Assembly: GCF_006345805.1 (NCBI RefSeq)
Contig: NC_043003.1
Span: 99,820,001-99,884,000, forward strand
Length of the DNA stretch: 64,000 nt
From: Octopus sinensis
Taxonomy: Eukaryota
Direction of reading: 5' to 3'
Part shown: in pieces, positions 13,925-22,373 of the stretch
How the letters are laid out: each line of letters opens with the position of its first letter
Numbering within the stretch: position 1 is the stretch's first letter
Program-made: the position numbers and the translations under genes
Notes under the pieces: model-generated
Database searches by the model: none
Told to the model about the DNA's origin: nothing
Seen by the model: only the letters and a program-made list of their open reading frames with translations

Positions 13925-15236
13925 ATTTCAACAATTGAGGGCAAAATTAATTAATTATTAATCAATTTCACCAAGTGTTCAGTATGCAAAGGGACCATTC
14001 AAGGCGAATTCAAATTATTACATTATATAAAAGGGCTTAGTAAAATAAATTACTTCGCCGCATACTGAACTCATTAGAAATAGCAGCTAAAAAACTTTTT
14101 TTAAGCTATTTCTAATACTTAAAGAAAATCTCTCTCATATATAGTGTTTGCTTAATTCAACTCACAAAAGTTTGGGGGTAAGGACATCGAAAAATCAAAT
14201 GCTAAGGTTATTCGAGAACGTACGTTTCAAGATTAGTCAAAACAACATTTCTATCATCGGCTCAGAAATTCCTTGGTTTGGATTTGGAAACACTGAAAAT
14301 AAGAACATACCCTTTCGAAGATCTGCTCCCAACTAACAGTGCCAACGATTCTTCGCTTGCTTATTTGAATTTGTTGGCACTGTTAGTTGGGAGCAGATCT
14401 TCGAAAGGGTATGTTCTTATTTTCAGTGTTTCCAAATCCAAACCAAGGAATTTCTGAGCCGATGATAGAAATGTTGTTTTGACTAATCTTGAAACGTACG
14501 TTCTCGAATAACCTTAGCATTTGATTTTTCGATGTCCTTACCCCCAAACTTTTGTGAGTTGAATTAAGCAAACACTATATATGAGAGAGATTTTCTTTAA
14601 GTATTAGAAATAGCTTAAAAAAAGTTTTTTAGCTGCTATTTCTAATGAGTTCAGTATGCGGCGAAGTAATTTATTTTACTAAGCCCTTTTATATAATGTA
14701 ATAATTTGAATTCGCCTTGAATGGTCCCTTTGCATACTGAACACTTGGTGAAATTGATTAATAATTAATTAATTTTGCCCTCAATTGTTGAAATTATAAT
14801 TAATCTCCCTCTGATTAATGCTTCGGATTTTACCGAAATAAGCATAGTGTTTGATGATTTTAACCCACGCTGGTGGAAAGGGGAGAACAGAGATTCTTCG
14901 CTTGCTTATTTGAATTTGTTGGCACTGTTAGTTGGGAGCAGATCTTCGAAAGGGTATGTTCTTATTTTCAGTGTTTCCAAATCCAAACCAAGGAATTTCT
15001 GAGCCGATGATAGAAATGTTGTTTTGACTAATCTTGAAACGTACGTTCTCGAATAACCTTAGCATTTGATTTTTCGATGTCCTTACCCCCAAACTTTTGT
15101 GAGTTGAATTAAGCAAACACTATATATGAGAGAGATTTTCTTTAAGTATTAGAAATAGCTTTAAAAAAGTTTTTTAGCTGCTATTTCTAATGAGTTCAGT
15201 ATGCGGCGAAGTAATTTATTTTACTAAGCCCTTTTA
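13921..15236 (+). mobile_element. PLE-type pseudo-LTR structure: 426-bp inverted arm plus 1.6 tandem copies of a 545-bp unit
   Basis: 13921-14346 is the reverse complement of 14373-14798. Unit 14347-14891 repeats at 14892-15236. Flanked by (TA)n. The same 62-aa ORF appears three times in the ORF track. Confidence 0.75.
14452..14508 (+). ncRNA. Candidate type I hammerhead ribozyme (U4C core); further copies at 14997-15053 (+) and 14211-14267 (-)
   Basis: TTC(T)GAG CCGATGA T-AGA..TCT-T GAAA CGTACG TT CTCGAA: bulged stem I, weak stem II, palindromic stem III. Confidence 0.45.
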
Positions 15237-15433
15237 CATATATATATATATATATATATATAGAATGGTTGTATACTGTCAATCTAACAAGAACGTGACA
15301 GTAGGGGGTACACCACCGTTGTATAGCCCTAGGAGGTATCGAACGCCTCCTGACAGCTTCGACACATTTTTTCCCTGTGTCCTTATATACATATACGAAG
15401 GGGAGACAAACACCCCCAACCGCCAGAACTGCA

Positions 15434-15479
15434 TCTAGGGACACCGTGTTTCAGGATCATTGTCCGTCATCGGCCTAGA
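15434..15479 (-). ncRNA. Type I minimal hammerhead ribozyme, inverted copy (U4C)
   Basis: Minus strand reads TCTAGG CCGATGA CGGA CAATGA TCCT GAAA C ACGGT G TC CCTAGA. Confidence 0.7.
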
Positions 15480-15702
15480 GTAGCAGACACCGGTCGGCTG
15501 GTGATATTTGTCTGGACTTCGTATCTGTATATATGTAAACTCAGTGAAGTCTATTCACTGATTATCTATCGCCCCACCACCGTACAGGTCTCTACGAGAG
15601 ATTTAGAAATTCAATATTTCTTATTTTGATAATCAGTGAATAGACTTCACTGAGTTTACATATATACAGATACGAAGTCCAGACAAATATCACCAGCCGA
15701 CC

Positions 15703-17385
15703 TATTTTTTTTGGAGTCGTTATTCTGGTGTGTTGGTTTCGAGTGCGTCATTGTGAAGAGGTTGTGAGTTCGAGTTCGTTGCTGGAGGACGTGGTGAATT
15801 TTATTTGGAAATTTTTGAAAATGCAAGACCAGACGTATGCGAGAGCAGCAGGCAGAGGCGTGGTTGCGAGTGAACTAGAAATGGAAGAAGTGGTAGTCGA
15901 GAAGAAGACTTTAGAAAAATATTTCGACAGTTTGAAGAGGGAGGGTGACTGCGTGAGAGTCACACCGTCCAAAGAAGAAAATAACGCGGAGAAACGTATG
16001 ATAACATACAGGACATGGTGTGTGGCGTCAAGAAAAATAGAAGTAGCAGAGACGGAAGAAATAGAGAAATGCCTGAAAGGAATTGAGGGTGAACCTACCT
16101 TTTTCAACAGAGGAAGGAAATATGCCACAGTGGTGGTACACTTTAAAAATGAAAATGAAGCAAGAAAGAATGCGACAAAAATTCTGAAATCCGAAAGTTG
16201 GACTTTATTACCTAGCTACTGCGGAAAGAGGGCAGTCAGAATAAGAATTGGTAGGATTTCGCCCGAACTTAACATGGAGAGGATATTAGCGGCAGTAGTT
16301 TTCAACTGCAAGGAAAGTGTGGAGGTGGTGAAGGTGGAAAAGTCAACAGAAGTTAAGTGGTGGGGATATGCGGTACAGGTTCTGGCACATATAACAGTGC
16401 CAGACCTATACAACATCCCGGAGGAGTTGGTCTTCCCTGATGAGACACGGCTTAGAGTCGTGGTAGAGGGAAGACCTCCAGTTTGTTATAATTGCAAATT
16501 AAGAGGCCACATGAAGGATGTGTGCCCGCTGGAGAAAACGATAACACCGGAGGCTGTAACAAAGAAGTGGAAAGATACGTGTGTGGAGGAGGGAGAAGTG
16601 CAGGAGGAAATGAAAGCAGTGGAGGCGCAAACGGAGGAGCAGCTAATTGAGGATGTGGAAGAAGAACGTGCAAGTGCAGAGGATGGAAGAACAGAAGATA
16701 GGAAGAGAACAAGGGTGGAATCACCACCGAAAGTTCTAAAAAAGAAAAAAAGAAAAAGCAAGATAACAGAAGAAAAAGAAGAGAGAACGTGCAAAGAAAA
16801 GGACGAACAGACAAAGACAGAGGTAAACCTAGAATGGAGAAAAAAAGTGAGAGAACAGTTGGATGCTTGTAAAAAGGGAAAAAGACCTGTAGGAAAATAC
16901 CTGAAAGTATTCGTGTTGTACGTGAAAGACACAGAAGTGGAAAAAAGACTTGCAGGTAGGAAAGGATTGATTAGGGTTAAATTACACCCAAAACTGCATG
17001 ATTACGATGTGAAAGGGGTAGTTGTAGATAAAGGAACATTTATTAAATTGAAAAGTATGTTTGATCAGGTTTATTTAACGTATTGTGTATGTTATGACAA
17101 TTTGCCAAATGTGATAGACCAGATGGAATTAACAAAGTACATTACGGACGAACGTCCAACAGAACTGGAATTTATGTAATTGTAAAATTGTAACATTGTA
17201 AATTGTAAAATGTAAAATTGTATTTTAAACGGAACTGCGAGTTGGGGGGTTCGTAAGCCGTTCCATCTAACTCATTATACATAATTCATCTTTATTTCAT
17301 ATTTTATTTTTTACTTTATGTACCCCATGTCCCGTCTTGTAATGTCCCCTCTGCATTCGGGCCATCGTGCCCATAATAAATATAT
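15703..17385 (+). mobile_element. ORF1-only (HAL1-like) non-autonomous retroelement of Tx1/L1 origin
   Basis: Perfect 17-bp TSD AATATCACCAGCCGACC (15686-15702 and 17386-17402), a single ORF, AATAAA near the 3' end, and no endonuclease or RT. Confidence 0.8.
15821..17179 (+). CDS. Intact ORF1/Gag-like protein (452 aa from the first ATG) with a CX2CX4HX4C zinc knuckle
   Basis: Uninterrupted ORF containing CYNCKLRGHMKDVC. Colinear with ORF1 at 40396 (LKREGD/LKKEGD, LLPSYCGKR/LLPFYLGKR, VVVEGRPPVCYNC/VIVEGRKPRCYKC). Confidence 0.85.
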   Translation: MQDQTYARAAGRGVVASELEMEEVVVEKKTLEKYFDSLKREGDCVRVTPSKEENNAEKRMITYRTWCVASRKIEVAETEEIEKCLKGIEGEPTFFNRGRKYATVVVHFKNENEARKNATKILKSESWTLLPSYCGKRAVRIRIGRISPELNMERILAAVVFNCKESVEVVKVEKSTEVKWWGYAVQVLAHITVPDLYNIPEELVFPDETRLRVVVEGRPPVCYNCKLRGHMKDVCPLEKTITPEAVTKKWKDTCVEEGEVQEEMKAVEAQTEEQLIEDVEEERASAEDGRTEDRKRTRVESPPKVLKKKKRKSKITEEKEERTCKEKDEQTKTEVNLEWRKKVREQLDACKKGKRPVGKYLKVFVLYVKDTEVEKRLAGRKGLIRVKLHPKLHDYDVKGVVVDKGTFIKLKSMFDQVYLTYCVCYDNLPNVIDQMELTKYITDERPTELEFM

Positions 17386-17414
17386 AATATCACCAGCCGA
17401 CCGGTGTCTGCTAC

Positions 17415-17460
17415 TCTAGGCCGATGAAGGACAATGATCCTGAAACACGGTGTCCCTAGA
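17415..17460 (+). ncRNA. Type I minimal hammerhead ribozyme (U4C), GUC cleavage triplet
   Basis: Stem I TCTAGG/CCTAGA, core CCGATGA, stem II AGGA/TCCT, GAAA, near-palindromic stem III ACACGGTGT. Confidence 0.75.
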
Positions 17461-17688
17461 TGCAGTTCTGGCGGTTGGGGGTGTTTGTCTCCCCTTCGTA
17501 TATGTATATAAGGACACAGGGAAAAAATGTGTCGAAGCTGTCAGGAGGCGTTCGATACCTCCTAGGGCTATACAACGGTGGTGTACCCCCTACTGTCACG
17601 TTCTTGTTAGATTGACAGTATACAACCATTCTATCGCCCCACCACCGTACAGGTCTCCACGAGAGATTTAGAAATTCAATATTTCTTT

Positions 17689-17870
17689 ATGAAAATAAAC
17701 AAAAGACGAAGGCAGGTGGAGTACAAACAAACAATTAATTGTATTAGTATGGCGCTCAGGAATATAAATAAAACAAATCTTTTACGTTTCGAGCCTACGC
17801 TCTTCAACAGAAAGATACACAGAAAAGAAACACAGAAAGAAACAAGGAGAGAAAAAAAATGCGTATATAT
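17689..17870 (-). mobile_element. PLE pseudo-LTR/3' end fragment
   Basis: Same family as the 36930, 53500, 53770 and 58480 copies (AGAGCGTAGGCTCGAAACGT...CCACCTGCCTTCG). Confidence 0.7.
17777..17816 (-). ncRNA. Minimal hammerhead motif with CUGUUGA core
   Basis: Minus strand reads ATCTTT CTGTTGA A GAGC GTAG GCTC GAAA CG TA AAAGAT, giving a 6-bp stem I and a 4-bp stem II. Confidence 0.7.
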
Positions 17871-17929
17871 ATATATATATGAAAAGCCAGGGAACTCCGT
17901 CAGATAACAAATATGTAGGACGTACCTCT

Positions 17930-18340
17930 TTAAGAATACCATATGCACCAATGATAACTGCATGGTATGTAGGATTAGCCCTGGCATTAACTGTAGAACT
18001 CGAAATGTAGTTTACAGCATAAGATGCATAGAAGGTACTTGTAAAGACATGGACATTACGTACATAGGGGAGACATCTAGGAGCATTGCAGAACGACTAA
18101 ATGAACATCTAAGACAATATGACGACAGAAAACAGTCCTCCATACTCTACTAACATGCCAAAGACCACCATGGAGGTAACTTGGGTCAACTTGACATCCG
18201 CATCTTATCCAAGCACCCAAAAGACCCAACACTCAGACAAATACGGGAGTACGTCCTTAAAAATGAAACCTCCCCAATACTAAATAGGAAATATACATAG
18301 TAGATACCATACCTCCATACCCACAGTTTACACGGGTAGA
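17930..18340 (+). pseudogene. Penelope-like GIY-YIG endonuclease fragment
   Basis: CRTRNVVYSIRC..YIGETSRSIAERLNEH, then HAKDHH..RQIREYVL..PILN after a stop codon. Confidence 0.8.
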
Positions 18341-18930
18341 GTAGAATAGTTAGTGGACCGTAAGGTAGATAAATGTATGTATGTGTGAGATTGTGTATGC
18401 ACTTTTTCTCTATGTAAGCATATAGATATGAAAATAAGCAGATCAACAGACAGACAGATAGGTACATAGGTTACAAGAACAGACAAGCACACATACGCAA
18501 ATGGAGACTGAAACACATGACCATATATATATACACACTTTACTCCACACAATGATACATATGGAGACACGGATCCACACATATAGAGATGCACATCCAT
18601 ACATACAAACATGGTACATAGCTGCATAACACACACACATACAGGCATGCACACACAAGGAGACAGAGGTGCAAACATATACAAACACATGCTCACACAC
18701 ACATACATAGAAAATACACAAACACAGTCATGCAAGCACATAAATACGCAGGATACATACATTATACACATACATACATATATACATATGCATACACATA
18801 CATATATACATACATACACATGCAAACACATACGTACATACGTACATGCATGCATGTATAGGCACACACACACGCACGCACACGCACACACACACACACA
18901 CACACTGACCCACAGACATGCACACAAACA
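18340..18930. repeat. Degenerate (CA)/(ACAT) microsatellite block
   Basis: Directly visible. Confidence 0.85.
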
Positions 18931-20204
18931 AAAGGGAACGCAGTGTAAATAACGGACAGAGTCAAGATTATTGAAAAGGTTGCAAGACGCAACGAAATTT
19001 TTAGGAAAATAAAAATAAGAAAAAAAGTGAAAATTTTACCGGTGAGTGTACTTACTTGTACTTGTGGTGACATTCACCCTGGGCGGGTTGAGTCGGTTCT
19101 TCTAGCACCCTCGAGGCATCTCGAACCATGGCAGCCCATGCACGACGGTCCTACGCCAGTTCACTGGAGATAGCGAGCCAGTCACGGTTCCATTGGCGCA
19201 GGCCGACCACCTGCGGACTCGTGAGTACGAAGAGGTCCTCCTTGATCGTCGTAACCTAGGTCTTCAGCTGCCCGCCCGCGCGTTTCCGCCAGTTGGGAAG
19301 TGGAGTTGGGAGAAGGACATTACGGCTCAGTTCACCCACCGGACGCCTACATGCATAGCCAAACCACCGCAAGCGCCGTTGAAGAAGGATAGATGGAAGG
19401 GGCCGCAGGGATAGGCGAAGTCGGAGATTGACGGTGGGAACACGATCCACCCGACGGTGGATCGACCGGTGAGTGTGTTACATTATAAGGCACTAAAAGA
19501 AAACGACTCTCCCCAGACACAACAGAATATGCTTCAACACACAAACTCATATAAAGAATCTTGCAAACCAAATCCAAAAACGAAATATAATAAGCTTTAG
19601 CCAAGCTAGCAAGACATTGAGAAACACCGTGTTCTGCTGTCTGAAAATCAAGGTAGCTACCCGACAGCTCCACTTCATTAAAACATGCATCTCCTCCAAG
19701 CTATACACAAAATCTATCAATTCAGCTGTCATGCGGTTAGGACTCACAGAACATCAAGAAAGAAAACTAAAACATACCATGTTACAAAACATCAAAAAGA
19801 AAATATACACAGAAATCAACCAATACCAAAAACGAAAGAGAGTCCGGCTGCATGAACTAAAAAACACCACTACTCCACACGAAAGAGAGACATTCATGAC
19901 AAACATCCGACAAGAATACCACCGAGTTAAACATACCTGTAACAAACACTTCAACAATAAACTTAAGTGGATGAAACAGCAACAACAACAATCCCAGCAT
20001 GGTAAGAATCGATACAGATACCCAAACAACATCGATGGGATTATCATGTCAGAATGTAAACTACCAGAGGATTTCGACGCCAGGACATCGGAAAACAATA
20101 CCACCATCAACAACAACAACAAATAGAATATATGGTGCAGTACAGCTAGATACAGATGAAATGCATGCATTAGAGTTACCACCAAAATTCGCTATATATA
20201 TATA
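18930..20204 (+). pseudogene. N-terminal region of a PLE ORF, interrupted by an RTE fragment and cut by the Helitron array
   Basis: Basic helical ORF 19617-20126, followed by EMHALELPPKFAIY, which resembles the pre-RT motif of PLEs. Confidence 0.5.
19050..19464 (-). mobile_element. 5'-truncated RTE-clade LINE
   Basis: LLQRRLRWFGYACRRPVGEL..WRKRAGGQLKT, an (ACAAGT)n-like tail, and a 12-bp TSD ACCGGTGAGTGT (19038-19049 and 19465-19476). Confidence 0.8.
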
Positions 20205-21366
20205 CTAGCTAAAGGTGACCCGCTCTACGCGCGGGTGTGGCTGTTACTTTCTGTTGCTTCCTTTCAGCACGTAAAAAGCACCATCCGAACGTGGCGGATT
20301 GCAGCGCCGCCTTGACTGGCTTCTGTGCTGGTGACACGTAAAAAGCACCAACCGATTGTGGCCGCTGCCAGCCCCCCTGGCACCTGTGCAGGCGGCACGA
20401 AAAAAGCACCCACTACGCTCACAGAGTGGTTGGCGTTAGGAAGGGCATCCACCTGTAGAAACACTGCCAGATCAGACTGGAGTCTGGTGCAGCCTCCTGG
20501 CTTCCCAGACCCCGGTCAAACTGTCCAACCCGTGCTAGCACGGAAAATGGACGTTAAACGATGATGATGATGATGATTCTCCCTCTTTGTTTCTCTCCCC
20601 TTTCTCTCTCACTTTCCCACTCTCTTACTCTTCCTTTCTCTCGGACTCTCCCTCGCTTTCTCTTTCTATCTTTATCTATCTCTCTCCCATTTATAAACAA
20701 CAAAAGCTCTTGAGTAAGTTGAGAAATAAAATATTTAGAAAGATCAATCATAAATATCAGGCAGTAACAACGGAAAGGTCTGCTTCAAGGCAGACAGCAA
20801 AACACTAACATTTAAAAGGGACAGACGAACTTGCGAGCTGAATAAAAATAATAAAATATTGAAGGGATAGAATTTGAGGATAGTAGAGTCACCATGGCTG
20901 GCATTTCTTAACGACGGACAGCAACGTATTGACAGTTTAACGGCTGGCGTAAAATTTTGAACTTGATGTAAAAGAAAATCCCTAAACACCAAGTTTTGAA
21001 TTGATTCTTTCTCACGACAGTAGACTCACGATGGCAAGCATTCAAAACTTCTTCATCATGGACGGCAACACATTGACGTTTAAAAGGCTGGCGTAAATTT
21101 TTTAGCTTGATGTAACAGAGAATTGCTAAACACCCGCTCCTTTAAATTTTAATCCCCTTCAAGTCCCATTTAGACCCCTTTTCACATTTTGGTTAATATA
21201 ACCCGATTTCATTCGGGTTTACTGGGGCCAGATTTTATAAGATGAGGAATTTTGTCCTAGAGGTCACGCCTTTCATTTGAGGAAAAAAATAGTTGTCATG
21301 CAAACTTGCCAGCACTTTTAACATAGGTGTGCATATTTTCAGCTCAACCGACCACATAATGCACAC

Positions 21367-21453
<87 letters not shown>

Positions 21454-22219
21454 TTGAGTCTCTCTCATACGTGAGCGTTGACGCTGAATTCGACTAGTAA
21501 GCAGGTAACCTTGTGTTTGTCGAAATAGTTGTGAGCTGCTGGAGTTATTTCTCTGACGGGTAATAGGAATGTCCATATCCTCCGAGGAAACGAACTGTTG
21601 ACCCAGACAATTAGAATTAATTTTAATAAAAGCATCAATTTAAGAAAAAATAATAAAGTAGTAAAAAATGAAAATTTAGCACGAAAAATTTGCAGGGTTC
21701 TAAATAAATGTTAAAATGTAATAGATACGAAAAACCTATGTTATCACCAGAACACGAACGCTGGTTGGTGTGTTCTGTTTGGATTTGGTCGATCGGCGCG
21801 TTGACAGGTAGACAATAGAATGCGATGGCGATGGCGATGGAATATTTGTTTCTCTCTATGAATGCAGACAGATACATAAGTGAAAGTTATGGGAAAGTAA
21901 GAAATAGAGTGAGTGAAAATGTGCTGGGAAGAGAGGAAATAGCGAGAGTGAGTTGAGGAAGACAGATACATTAAATAACGGGAATGGACTTGTCAAAGTT
22001 ATAAGTGAAGGGGAGTTAAAGGGAAATGGAGGAAATAGCGTGAGTGAGGAAGATGGCCCCTAGCAACCACACCTTTTAAGATATGGATTTCTAAGGTAGC
22101 CCACGGGCATCGTCACCACATTTTACATGTCCCTGTAAATTTTGGAGCGAATCGGACGGAATGTAGTGGCATTGAAAGCGAGCCAAGCGGTAAAAACGCA
22201 TTTCAGTTTTATATATATA
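20205..22219 (-). mobile_element. Non-autonomous Helitron H1
   Basis: Minus-strand 3' end is hairpin CCCGCGCGTAGAGCGGG plus CTAG. The 5' terminal ~200 bp is shared with H2 and H3. Confidence 0.85.
20245..20580 (+). mobile_element. SINE body with (GAT)n tail inside Helitron H1 (matching copy at 28200-28535 in H3)
   Basis: GCACGTAAAAAGCACC repeats, GGCGTTAGGAAGGGCATCC core and GACGTTAAACGATGATG tail. The family also occurs free at 56640-57100. Confidence 0.7.
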
Positions 22220-22280
22220 CTAGCTGAAGGGACCCGCTCTACGCGCGGGTAAGAGCGTGGTATATATATATAATGTATAC

Positions 22281-22373
<93 letters not shown>

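Larger units (their letters stand above)
15262..17687 (+). mobile_element. PLE/retrozyme-like unit: 305-bp inverted arm plus a 365-bp monomer and a partial repeat, split by a 1.7-kb insertion
   Basis: 15262-15508 is inverted at 17386-17632, and 15492-15566 is inverted at 15628-15702. The segment 15567-15622 repeats directly at 17632-17687. Confidence 0.8.

Noticed and set aside
14636-14690. CTAATGA...GAAG hammerhead-like motif in the 545-bp unit
   Set aside because: It has G5A and GAAG changes and no pairing stem I; it is better explained as part of a simple hairpin.
14148-15116. Three identical 62-aa ORFs suggesting a small gene family
   Set aside because: They are a by-product of the inverted/tandem repeat, start at TTG and have no recognisable motif.
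15262-17632. DNA transposon with 247-bp TIRs and a transposase
   Set aside because: The ORF is Gag/ORF1-like with no DDE motif, it has its own 17-bp TSD, and the inverted repeats belong to the interrupted ribozyme unit.
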